Origin: Candidatus Sungiibacteriota bacterium
GTDB lineage: Bacteria > Patescibacteriota > Minisyncoccia > Sungbacterales > JACQCQ01
Length of the DNA: 64,000 bases
Assembly: GCA_016201505.1 (NCBI GenBank)
Contig: JACQCQ010000013.1
Span: forward strand, 80,830 to 144,829
Direction of reading: 5' to 3'
Made by a program: the position numbers and the translations under genes. The notes under the pieces were generated by a model, which was given only the letters and a program-made list of their open reading frames with translations, did no database searches and was not told where the DNA came from. Below, in pieces: positions 26,498 through 35,325 of the stretch (its first letter is position 1; every line of letters begins with the position of its first letter).

Positions 26498-27232
26498 GTA
26501 TTAAGATCACTTCTGTGTCTTACACCACTGGGCGAACGGTTTTCCCGTACCCTAGCGGTTTCTTATATCGCTTTCGCGATATAGATTCGTCCCTTCCCGA
26601 GCACATATTTTTGGAGTCTATTGACGAAATTTATCAATAGGTATATAAATTGTATACGAGGAGGTGAAGGATTATGTTGGGTATCGCGGTTCCACCGATC
26701 CCTGCAAACGCGGGTGTCAGTAGCGATCCGGAAGGACTGCTCGCGCTCCTTCTTCTGATGTTCGTCGTTGTTCCGTCAATCATCGTCATTTTCGGCGGCG
26801 CGATCATGGCGAACGTCGAAGACTGAGATCAGCGGACGGCTTTCACCCCCCACAGCGGCCTCCAGGAGGTCGCTTTCAATTTCTCCAAAAATATGTGCTC
26901 GGTACTATGGATTCTGCTGACTTCTCAATAAGCATCAAGATAAAATTGCTTTTATCCTTTACCTTTCGGACTTAATAAGATCTCCTTCGGTCACCGAATA
27001 TACCATTCTCTCACATCTCGATACTCCGTATATAGCGTAAAATTTGTGCAGATGACTTCTCCATGTACTCGAAGGATCGTCGATCTACGCTACCTATTAG
27101 CGAGTATTCAAGCTATAAGACATATACTTTCGCCCTTCATCCTGAGGATCACTCCTCGAAGGACTGCGATTTCATTTCGCGACTTCTGCAAATCGTGGTG
27201 GGATTTAAACCCACTGGCATACTCGGCTGCAA
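26498..27232 (-). other. About 735-nt insertion in 16S at the conserved 1400 region, between GACGGGCGGT and TGTACAAG.
   Basis: Universal 1392 primer-site sequence is split: ...GACGGGCGGT at 26485-26494 and ...GTACAAAGCTCGAGAACGTATTCACC at 27235-27262. Confidence 0.6.
26674..26826 (+). CDS. Candidate 50-aa hydrophobic peptide with a strong Shine-Dalgarno, encoded inside the 16S insertion (antisense to the rRNA).
   Basis: AGGAGGTG is 5 nt upstream of the ATG. Translation MLGIAVPPIPANAGVSSDPEGLLALLLLMFVVVPSIIVIFGGAIMANVED has one predicted TM helix. Confidence 0.3.
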   Translation: MLGIAVPPIPANAGVSSDPEGLLALLLLMFVVVPSIIVIFGGAIMANVED

Positions 27233-27708
27233 AGCACCCGAGTACAAAGCTCGAGAACGTATTCACCGCGGCATAGCTGATCCGCGATTACTAGCGATTC
27301 CATCTTCAAGGAGTCGAGTTGCAGACTCCTATCTGAACTGGGGCGCACTTTGATGGGATTAGCTCCGCCTTGCGGCTTGGCAACCCATTGTATGCGCCAT
27401 TGTAGCACGTGTGTAGCCCAGGGTATCAGAGGGCCATGCTGACCTCGCGTCATCCCCTCCTTCCTCTCCCGAAAAGGAAGCAGTCTCTCCTGACACATAT
27501 AACAGAAGACAAGGGTTGCGTTCGTTAACCCACTTAAGGGAACAGTTCAAACCACGAACTGACGAGGGCCATGCAGCACCTGTGATTGCCGTCTTGTGAA
27601 CACACCGCGGTTTCTCGCGGTTTTTGCAATCATTTCAAACCCTGGTGAGGTTCCTCGGTTGTCATCGAATTGAACCACATGCTCCACCGCTTGTGCGAGC
27701 TCCCGTCT

Positions 27709-27740
<32 letters not shown>

Positions 27741-27838
27741 TCCCAGGCGGCAGATTTAACGCGTTAGCTGCGCCACTCCGAGGGTCGATACTCGAAATAG
27801 CTAATCTGCATCGTTTAGGGCGTGGACTACTGGGGTAT

Positions 27839-28920
27839 CTACAATTTTGTTGCGACAAAATTGGAATTTCTAAATCCGAATTTCTAATTTCTAAACAAAT
27901 CCGAAATCTCAAATTTCCAAATTGCGGACGAGACATTTCTGCTCGTCTCTCCGTATCGCTACGGAGATCGGACTGTATCATGACGGAAAGTATTACTGGC
28001 GCGGGTTTCGCTTTCGCTCACCCGCGCCGGGACTTCCGCCCTCGGCGTGCAGTCTCTGAGGGTTACGAAAGAGAGATCGGCGCTGTTTCTACATGCCGAT
28101 GGCCGAAACCGGGCCCGTCGAGGCTATCTCCGTAGCTTTCCTTGACGATGCGCTCGACGCGTACCACATTACCCATATCTTGAGCGATGGCGCGAGCTAC
28201 ATTGTCACCTTGAGCTTCGAACTCTACGACTGCCCAATATTTCATAGCTTCTCCTTTTCGTCCTTCCCTGCTGGTTGTCCGTTGACCGATCCGCGTTTAG
28301 CGGATACAGGTCGCACCGGATGCTTTTTTACCACTACTTTACATCGAACTTGCTGACTTCCTTCCGCATTCCTTCAAGGACCCTGCGAATCTCCGGCGAA
28401 TTGCCGTACTTCGCGAGGTACTTGTCGATCAGCTCGAGAAACCCGTTCTGCATGGCCTCGCGGGCCATTTGAGTGAACAAGCTCATTGTTTTTTTCCTTT
28501 CTGTGGTAGCACCGGATACACCGGATGTTCCAGCATATAGCTCCGCCGTCGCCTCACGGCTATGGCGGATCCCAACTTCACCATCATATTTTTCAATGGT
28601 GCGTCGGGACAAGTTTTCCAGGCAGTAGAAATTCGACTCGCTTCACAGCTGGCCGCAGAGAGGCCGGTCGAATTTCTACTGCCTGGTTTTTCCTTTTGAC
28701 GCGTTACTTCGCGTCCTAAGGGGACCATGCTCACGGTACCCCTACCGCCTCACTCTCGTTCGCTGTATCAACAGCGCCCTCAAGCGAGTCACATGTATGC
28801 ACAGAGAAATTTTTTCGAAACTCAAGGGAGGGATCCCGTCGTCGGAACGACAAATCCCTATGGGGAGAGTTGTAACATGCTCCTCCCTTGGTGATGAAAA
28901 AATTTCTCTGTGCAAAACAT
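27839..28920 (-). other. About 1.1-kb insertion in 16S after the 785-805 site. It contains small ORFs (28063..28245 and 28334..28612, minus strand) and a hairpin repeat element.
   Basis: 16S blocks on either side are contiguous in normal 16S (GGACTACTGGGGTATCTA at 27820-27838 and CCCATTCGCTCCCCACGCTTTCG at about 28925). The intervening sequence has no rRNA similarity. Confidence 0.55.
28613..28686. repeat. Hairpin element with 21-bp perfect terminal inverted repeats CCAGGCAGTAGAAATTCGAC...GTCGAATTTCTACTGCCTGG (family member 1).
   Basis: Perfect inverted repeat with a 28-nt interior. The terminal repeats match the element at 29205-29332. Confidence 0.6.
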
Positions 28921-29204
28921 GCGCGAGCGCTTTCGATCCCATTCGCTCCCCACGCTTTCGTCTGTGAACGTCAGGACAAGGCCAGCAACATGCCTTCGCC
29001 TTTGGTATTCCCTATGATATCAACGGATTTCACCCCTACACCATAAGTTCTAGTTGCCTCTCCTTGCCTCTAGTCGTGCCGTTTCGAATGCGGCCTACGA
29101 GTTAAGCCCGTAGATTTAACACCCGACTAACACGACCGTCTGGAGACCCTTTACGCCCAATAAATCCGGATAACGCTTGAAGCCTTCGTATTACCGCGGC
29201 TGCT

Positions 29205-29332
29205 GGCCAGGTAGTAGAAGTTCGACTGCGCGCGAGCGCAAATTATTTTCGAACATTTAATTTTCAGAGCCATGACAGATAGTGCTCCCAACTACAGAAA
29301 TCTTCATTTCATAGTCGAACTTTCACTACCTG
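29205..29332. repeat. 128-bp hairpin intervening element inserted in the 16S 530-loop region. Terminal repeats CCAGGTAGTAGAAGTTCGACTG / CAGTCGAACTTTCACTACCTGG. Family member 2 (IVS/MITE-like).
   Basis: The insertion splits the universally conserved GCTGCTGGCAC (519 site) into GCTGCTGGC | element | CTGGCAC, with a CTGGC direct repeat. The 22-bp terminal inverted repeats are near-identical to those of the 28613 element. Confidence 0.65.
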
Positions 29333-29344
29333 GCTGGCACGAAA

Positions 29345-29995
29345 TTCTACCGCCAATTTGGACTATATCATCACCCCGATGTTCATCGGGGGTCCCGCGT
29401 GTAGTCTCTGAGGGCTCTCTGCTATAAGTTCGATAGACTAGTCTATCGAACTTATAGAAACAGGTTGCCTGCTGATTGTTTCGTTGCGCGTCTTTGCAGT
29501 TTGCAAAACATTTCCGCGGACACAACGAAGTGTTCCAGTCCCGCAAGCCTCCCCACCGCAATACACTGATGTATTGTAGTGGCATGACTCACAGGATTCC
29601 CGAATCCATCTTTTCTTACGGCCAATAGGGCCGCGGGATTGCGATTTGTAACTACTCCGCCTTCGCTAAAAGCTTCGGCGGACAAGTCGTTACACTCGCA
29701 GACAAATCGGGAACATATAGCGAGATTTTCTTATGACGTATTACTACGCCAACTTCGCACCAAGTTTTTCTAACTTCACGAAGTTTGCAGCTTCTTATTC
29801 ATCTGGTACGGTCAGTCGTGCCTCGCTCTAGCGAACCACTCTCAATTTTAAATTTCCAATTTCTAATTTTCAATGAATGTCCTAATGTCTCAATTTCCAA
29901 AGGTTTGGGGTATTGAATCATTAAGAATTGACTGAAAATTGCAAAATTGATCATTGCAAATTGTGTGCCTCACAAAAGTGAGACACGACTTCTTC
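29345..29995 (-). other. About 540 extra nt in the 16S region between E. coli positions about 400 and 515. It contains the operator type 2 palindrome and sequence blocks shared with the LAGLIDADG intron.
   Basis: Blocks GCGTGTAGTCTCTGAGGG (29396-29413) and GTTGCCTGCTGATTGT (29464-29479) also occur at 26222-26238 and 26261-26276 within the LAGLIDADG ORF region. Conserved 16S resumes near 29995 (CTTTACAGACCGAAGTCCTTCTTCCTGCACGCGGCG). Confidence 0.5.
29422..29457. promoter_or_regulatory. Operator type 2, copy d: CTATAAGTTCGATAGACT|AGTCTATCGAACTTATAG, 36-bp perfect palindrome, located inside the 16S insertion.
   Basis: Identical 36/36 to the copy at 35243-35278. Confidence 0.55.
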
Positions 29996-30237
29996 CCAGA
30001 TAAAAGCAGTTTACAGACCGAAGTCCTTCTTCCTGCACGCGGCGTCGCTCGATCAGGCTTTCGCCCATTGTCGAATATTCTCGACTGCAGCCACCCGTAG
30101 GTGTATGAACCGTATCTCAGTTTCATCGTTGGGGATCACGCTCTCACGCCCCCTACCCGTCATAGCCAAGGTGCGCCATTACCACACCTTCTAGCTGATA
30201 GGACCAAGGCTCCTCCCCGAGCGCTCTTGCGAGCTTT

Positions 30238-30296
30238 ACCCCGCCTAAATTTTTGAGCTTTTTCATACTTTCAAAAAGCTCAAAAATTTAGGCGGG
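30238..30296. repeat. 25-bp perfect-stem hairpin expansion in the 16S V1-V2 region.
   Basis: CCCCGCCTAAATTTTTGAGCTTTTT-catactttc-AAAAAGCTCAAAAATTTAGGCGGGG. Confidence 0.5.
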
Positions 30297-30624
30297 GACC
30301 ATTGAGTATTAGCCAATCTTTCGGCTGGTTATTCTCATCTCGGGGGTAGATTCCAAGGTATTACTGAACTCGTTCGCCGCTAACTGGCAAATTGCGCGTA
30401 GCTAATGGAAAATAGTATTGCTACTATAAGCCATCCGCCAATTGCTATAAGCCAATTCGCACGACTTGCATGCCCTATCCACGCCGCCAGCGTTCATCCT
30501 GGACCAGGATCAAATCCTCTAATAGATCAGTTAGTTTTTCAGTTTACTAGTTGCCTAGTTCACATATTGCTAACTGCCGAGAACAAGAGGAAGAAAGAAA
30601 CGAATTTTTAGAAAACTCGCGAAA

Positions 30625-30675
30625 AAATAAAAAAAATTTAGGACCAGTCCCGCAGCTTCACAGCTGCGGGACTGG
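30625..30675 (-). terminator. Rho-independent terminator on the minus strand.
   Basis: 16-bp perfect stem GACCAGTCCCGCAGCT-tcac-AGCTGCGGGACTGGTC preceded on the plus strand by an A-run (a U-run on the minus strand). Confidence 0.55.
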
Positions 30676-30978
30676 TCTGCGGCGGATGAGATGCCGGGAG
30701 CAGCACCCTTGGCCACACACGCCTCCAGCCACGAAGCACTCCGGAATGCTCCGCACTAGATTTGGAGAGTTTCTCATTTTGGCATCGGCGACGAATCTCA
30801 CAGGATCTTCGCCGAACGCCGTACCAACGCCAGCAAAATCGGGCCTTCCAACACTGGCGTCTTTCGCCCTAGGTCCACCCCCATCGGGCGTTGGACGGCT
30901 CGCGCGTAGGCGAGGAGCCCTATTCGATTTTAATGTCTCGCGACACTCCCTTTTGGCCGCCGCACCATCAAAGATCTT

Positions 30979-31386
30979 CTACGGACGGCCTGTCCAGCCG
31001 TCATCGAATGAACCGATTCGATGCGTCGCAGGATCTGCCGGCGTTCCGGCGAGTAGCGAGAACTGCGTACCGAGATCGTCAGCCTTGAAACCGTGATCAA
31101 GCAGGAACTGACGCGTCCGCGCGATACGCTCGATGATAGGGTCTATGGCGCTTGAGCCTCTCTTCCGCCAGAGCTTATCCAGCGCCCAGAGAAGATCACG
31201 GGCCTTTCCCTTCTGATGCAGAATTTTCAAAGCTCCCGGTTCCCCCGCAATTTCGTAGAGAATCTCATCCTCGATAGATTCAAGCGCCCGAAGCTGATGG
31301 CGCCAGATGCGAAGCAACGAGCTTGCGGGAGGCACAATGTACCCCTCGCTTGTAAGCGTACCAAGGATTTTACTCGGCATTGTCAC
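30979..31386 (-). CDS. Hypothetical protein (135 aa) in a high-GC island. The frame stays open for about 100 more codons after an in-frame TAG.
   Basis: ORF with protein-like composition. After the TAG at 30979-30981 the same frame stays open to the terminator at about 30665. Confidence 0.35.
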   Translation of the reverse strand: MTMPSKILGTLTSEGYIVPPASSLLRIWRHQLRALESIEDEILYEIAGEPGALKILHQKGKARDLLWALDKLWRKRGSSAIDPIIERIARTRQFLLDHGFKADDLGTQFSLLAGTPADPATHRIGSFDDGWTGRP

Positions 31387-31776
31387 GACTCCTTTCCTTT
31401 TCCTTCTTCCTCTTGTTCTCTAATTCACTCATTAAGTTTTACTTAGCGAGTATAGTTCTAAAATCGAGCTCCGCAGTAATTATGAGAATCGGAATCCCGC
31501 ATCAATCTCGGCGCGACTTTCATTCGTTCGTGAGTCGAATGCTCGGAGATCGCCTCCGGCTGACTTTATAGAATAAGAAAGTTTGTCGTAAAGATTGGTG
31601 CGGGATTCTCGATTTTGTCCTCAAAAATTATCGCTTCACTCAATTTTTGAACAAAATCGGAACAGTTGGAATTTTTCCAGGCCTTTCAGTTTCTAGTTAC
31701 GCTCGCATTGCGAGCTACAGTTTTCTAGTTATAACTAGCCAACTAATAAACTAGCGAACTAAAAGGTTACTAATTT

Positions 31777-31806
31777 ATCCCGTTAGAAACTTTTTCTAAT
31801 CGGGAT
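31777..31806. repeat. Short hairpin ATCCCGTTAGAAACTTTTTCTAATCGGGAT, a minimal member of the CCCGTTAGA inverted-repeat family.
   Basis: Inverted repeat CCCGTTAGAA / TTCTAA(T)CGGG. Confidence 0.5.
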
Positions 31807-31830
31807 TGTGCTACACCCATTATTTTTATT

Positions 31831-31858
31831 CACTCCAATACTTTAAAGTATTGGAGTG
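31831..31858. promoter_or_regulatory. Operator type 3, solo copy: CACTCCAATACTTT|AAAGTATTGGAGTG, 28-bp perfect palindrome.
   Basis: Identical to the palindrome at 36548-36575 flanking the second TrpR-like gene. Confidence 0.55.
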
Positions 31859-31876
31859 CTTCAATAATGGTGTATT

Positions 31877-31905
31877 TGTCCCGTTAGAAACTTTTCCTAA
31901 CGGGA
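31877..31905. repeat. Short hairpin GTCCCGTTAGAAACTTTTCCTAACGGGAT (CCCGTTAGA family).
   Basis: Inverted repeat CCCGTTAG / CTAACGGG with a 10-nt loop. Confidence 0.5.
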
Positions 31906-32175
31906 TCTATTCAATTATTAAAATACTGTCCAAGCAGACACCACGAATTTATACAAACTGTTTTCGGCAAACACGCACAAACATTTCGTATCCTTTCGTT
32001 AACAATCTTGTAACGATTCGTGGTTTATTCTTACAAAACAGAACCACGCAAATTCCCATAAAGAAACTTGCGCGGTTCTGCCTGCATTGTGTCCCCCAAT
32101 TGACTCGAGGGTTTTGACTTGTTCCCGGCCCCAACGATTCCGATAGACCGAGTATTTTGATAGGCGAAACAGCTA

Positions 32176-32242
32176 CATCCCGTTTAGAAGTAAGAAACTG
32201 ATGTTTCTGCTACTTTCAGAGAAAGAGGACTTCTAACGGGAT
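32176..32242. mobile_element. MITE-like element (67 bp) with ATCCCGTTTAGAAG / CTTCTAACGGGAT terminal inverted repeats.
   Basis: Terminal inverted repeats share the CCCGTTAGA core with the elements at 32309, 35068, 58294 and 59674. Confidence 0.5.
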
Positions 32243-32308
32243 ACATTTAACCTATCTGACAACCAAGTTAAGGTAAGTAAAAGTATAAGCCTCTATAAGA
32301 AATTGTCA

Positions 32309-32473
32309 ATCCCGTTAGAAGCCGCGACTACGAAAGATAGAACTAAAATGATTATTTTTATTGAATCTAGACTAATCTGACACAAACACGTTTGATCGCG
32401 ATCCTACCTGCGCTCCGTCGGCCATAGCCTTTGGCGACGTGCGACCGGCAGGCAGGTCTGCTTCTAACGGGAT
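32309..32473. mobile_element. MITE-like element (165 bp). Its left terminal repeat ATCCCGTTAGAAGCCGCGA and right terminal repeat TCTGCTTCTAACGGGAT match the two ends of the 59674-59780 element in reverse orientation.
   Basis: 14-17-bp terminal inverted repeats. The internal GTTTGATCGCGATC block is shared with the 59674 element. It lies just downstream of the ROK kinase stop codon. Confidence 0.6.
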
Positions 32474-32498
32474 CAAGTATTTCCTCCAGCCGCATCGC

Positions 32499-33236
32499 TC
32501 AGCGAAACAGCAACGCCGCCCCGATGGCTTGAGCCGCATCCCCTAAAGCGCCAAATGCAATTTGAGGCACGATATCGCCTAATCGATCGGCTACTTTTTT
32601 CTGCAGGACTTCTAAATCATATTTTCCCGCCGCAATCGGCCCGCCGCCGATGACGACAGCTTGGGGATGAAATTTATGAATGGCTTCAGAAATTACCCCC
32701 GCATATGCGTTGGACGCATCACCGGCAATCGCAAATTCTTGACGGGCTAATTCTTCCCACTCAATGGCGCCTTTCTTCCAATGTCCGATTTCACCCGCTC
32801 GTCCATCATCGCCGACATAAAACGTTCCGTTCTTCCAAACAGCGCCCCCAATGCCAGTCCCGACGACAACACCGACCGCGTCTTTAAATCCGCGGGCCGC
32901 ACCCCAGGCCATCTCGGCGGAGAGAAAACAGCGCGCGTCATTATCGGCCCGGATCTCGCCTGAAAAATCAGGCAGCAGATCGGCCGCGGATTGGTGATTT
33001 AAAAATGAAATATTCGGTGCCTCTTCGATGATCAATCCGCCCTCTGGTACAAACCCGGCGAGGCTTAATCCGATCTTAGTTCCTTCAAAGTCTTTCGCGA
33101 TATCGGATAAGGATTTTTTTAATTCAGCTAAGCTTTTTGGAGTCTGGATTTTTTTAGCTTGAAAGTTTTGGCTAAGAAACCCTCGAAGCACGACACTTCG
33201 AATCCAGGTTGCGCCGATATCAATCCCCAAATACAT
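32499..33236 (-). CDS. ROK-family sugar kinase (glucokinase-like).
   Basis: MYLGIDIGATWIRSVVL N-terminal actin-fold phosphate-1 motif; GVVVGTGIGGAV; ROK signature region DGRAGEIGHW. Confidence 0.85.
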   Translation of the reverse strand: MYLGIDIGATWIRSVVLRGFLSQNFQAKKIQTPKSLAELKKSLSDIAKDFEGTKIGLSLAGFVPEGGLIIEEAPNISFLNHQSAADLLPDFSGEIRADNDARCFLSAEMAWGAARGFKDAVGVVVGTGIGGAVWKNGTFYVGDDGRAGEIGHWKKGAIEWEELARQEFAIAGDASNAYAGVISEAIHKFHPQAVVIGGGPIAAGKYDLEVLQKKVADRLGDIVPQIAFGALGDAAQAIGAALLFR

Positions 33237-33239
33237 GAA

Positions 33240-35069
33240 CTATAGCGCGCTCTGGTTAAATAATTCACCCGCCATATTCCAATATTCTGGTCTGGCATGT
33301 TTTGTTTTCATGTAATACCACCATTCTGCCCCCCAAAGATAATATTCATCAAATCCGGCGGCTTGGGCATAGCTGATAACTTCTTGGAAGTATGCGGGGG
33401 TGAAATTGTTAATTTGCGTTTTGATCGGAGTCTCCGGAATGGATAAATGCTGCCAGGGTTCGGCTTGTAATTCAATCACGAGATAGCGCTCATCGGGTTT
33501 GCCGGTAAAATATTTCACGAATTTTTCTTTCAGCAAAAAAGCGCCGGGACCAATGGGATATTCCGTCACACCAAAAAACGGACCCAAAATGCGCGAATAG
33601 ACTTTGCGGTACATCGTCGTGCCAAAAACATCGCCGCGCGAAGCCGCGCGAATCCAATCCCCCGTCTCGCCCGCGTCCGATATTAAAATTTGGTGCGCTG
33701 GATCAATTGATCGCACTAAGGCTATTTCGTTATCAAGAAATCCGCCGGGCCGCGAAGGGCAGGTGCCAAAGGGCAGAAATGGTTCATTTTCCACTTGCCA
33801 GAGATAGAGACTCGGACTGGCTACGTAATGTCGGACAACCTCGGCGATAAAGGGTTGCAGCTTGGCTTCTTTCTCCCCTGTCGAAAGATTCTCTACCCAG
33901 CCAGGAAGATGGCACTCCGGCCAACGCGGCAGCTTCATGCCGACCGCCAAAATTACCGGCAGGTTTCTTTTTTCGGCCTCATGCATAAGGATATCCAGCC
34001 GCGAGAAATCGAATTTATTTTCCTTTGGCTCGATCTCGTCCCAATAGGCCACAAGCCGCAGGCGTTTCGGTTGGAGTTCATCGAGTATGGCAATGTACGA
34101 CGAACGCCAATCCAGCCCGAGTTGGTCGGTAAAGGCGGTCGAGAACGTAAGTCCCCAGACAATCGGCCGGTCGGGATTCTTTTTTAATGTACCAGAATAA
34201 GCGGAAAGTCCGAACACTAAAAGCCCCGAGAAAATGAAAGCTATTGCCAGAATTTTCCCCCATAACACCCTGCCGCGAAATTTCTCATGCAGCAGCAATG
34301 CGCCAAAAATAAAAATAATGACATACTGAAAGCCCTGGACAGACTCAACCAGCGCCGGATGCGCCAGAAAAACGGCAAACGAAAATAAGAACGAGCCAAT
34401 TCCCGCGACGAGACGATTGGCCAGATAATATGCGCTTTCAGTTTTGATTTCCGCCCCTTTTTCGCTTTGCAGCTTCTGGCGAAACTGCGGAATCAGAAAA
34501 GCCAAAAGCGCAAGCAACACGCCGCCGATTTTTACCCAGACAAATCCGGCGATAAACGTGCTGTGAAGGTAGACGTATTTGGTGAGCACTTGTGAAAAAC
34601 CGAGCAGAAGTGCGCTGAATGTGGTCAGGAGGATCATGCGAACCCTCATTCCGCGCTCTTCGATAAAAAAGAGGACTAGGCCCCCGAAGACTAAAAACCA
34701 AAAGCCAAATGATTCGCCCTGCCCGACCGGAATATGCAGCAGATACGAAGAAAACAGAAGTGCCGAGAGGGCTGAAAATCCGGCAATGATGGGCAGGCTA
34801 ATGGAGGCCTCGCTGTGATGCAAGGCGAAATAAAGCAAGAGGAGACCCAGACAGAATAATGCCCCCGCGGCAAGCGCTGTACCTATCAAACTAATCGGAA
34901 TAACGACATTCCCAAAAGGAATTAAAACAAGCGCAAAAAGTCCCAAGAGGCCCAACCAGAAGGCATACGACCAAGGATTAAAAACCCCGCGTTTTAAAAT
35001 CACGCGATCAAAAACTGCTGCCAGACCAAGTAGGAATTGAGATAAAAGTGCGACAAAGAGCCAGTTCAT
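33240..35069 (-). CDS. Membrane-anchored glycoside hydrolase: N-terminal about 9-10 TM helix domain fused to a C-terminal clan GH-A TIM-barrel hydrolase domain.
   Basis: Multiple hydrophobic helices across the first 300 aa. The C-terminal domain has the WQVENEP motif (the NEP acid/base of clan GH-A) and GH5/GH42-like context. Confidence 0.75.
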   Translation of the reverse strand: MNWLFVALLSQFLLGLAAVFDRVILKRGVFNPWSYAFWLGLLGLFALVLIPFGNVVIPISLIGTALAAGALFCLGLLLLYFALHHSEASISLPIIAGFSALSALLFSSYLLHIPVGQGESFGFWFLVFGGLVLFFIEERGMRVRMILLTTFSALLLGFSQVLTKYVYLHSTFIAGFVWVKIGGVLLALLAFLIPQFRQKLQSEKGAEIKTESAYYLANRLVAGIGSFLFSFAVFLAHPALVESVQGFQYVIIFIFGALLLHEKFRGRVLWGKILAIAFIFSGLLVFGLSAYSGTLKKNPDRPIVWGLTFSTAFTDQLGLDWRSSYIAILDELQPKRLRLVAYWDEIEPKENKFDFSRLDILMHEAEKRNLPVILAVGMKLPRWPECHLPGWVENLSTGEKEAKLQPFIAEVVRHYVASPSLYLWQVENEPFLPFGTCPSRPGGFLDNEIALVRSIDPAHQILISDAGETGDWIRAASRGDVFGTTMYRKVYSRILGPFFGVTEYPIGPGAFLLKEKFVKYFTGKPDERYLVIELQAEPWQHLSIPETPIKTQINNFTPAYFQEVISYAQAAGFDEYYLWGAEWWYYMKTKHARPEYWNMAGELFNQSAL

Positions 35070-35172
35070 CCCGTTAGAGAATTAATCAGTAACTCTAGCG
35101 CAAGTTTAATGTCTATATGTGCTACAAGTCTCATTTTCGGAATACAGTTTCTCGCTAATTCTCTAACGGGAT
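35068..35172. mobile_element. MITE-like element (105 bp) with 17-bp terminal inverted repeats ATCCCGTTAGAGAATTA. Its left end overlaps the start codon of the upstream membrane GH gene.
   Basis: Perfect 17-bp terminal inverted repeats. The element begins with the AT of the gene's ATG (rc of 35067-35069). Confidence 0.6.
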
Positions 35173-35242
35173 AGACTATTTACCTCAATTGTATCCCGCG
35201 AACGGGTTAAGCTGAAATTGGGCAAAGGGGAATGGCCAAAAG

Positions 35243-35278
35243 CTATAAGTTCGATAGACTAGTCTATCGAACTTATAG
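35243..35278. promoter_or_regulatory. Operator type 2, copy e (36-bp perfect palindrome) upstream of the membrane GH gene.
   Basis: CTATAAGTTCGATAGACTAGTCTATCGAACTTATAG, identical to 29422-29457. Confidence 0.55.
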
Positions 35279-35325
35279 AAAGCTGAAAGATTATAATGAG
35301 AATATTCCGCTCTCGAAGTTTTATT

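Noticed and set aside
31806-32117. 103-aa plus-strand ORF. Part of its sequence recurs in another ORF at 36460..36726.
   Set aside because: The shared peptide HYFYSLQYFKVLEC is simply the translation of the 28-bp type 3 palindrome. The region is AT-rich, repeat-filled non-coding DNA.
32400-32440. 5S rRNA-like string GTCGGCCATAGCC.
   Set aside because: The match is only about 12 nt, lies inside the MITE-like element 32309-32473, and has no 5S helices around it. No 23S or 5S gene could be identified in the window.
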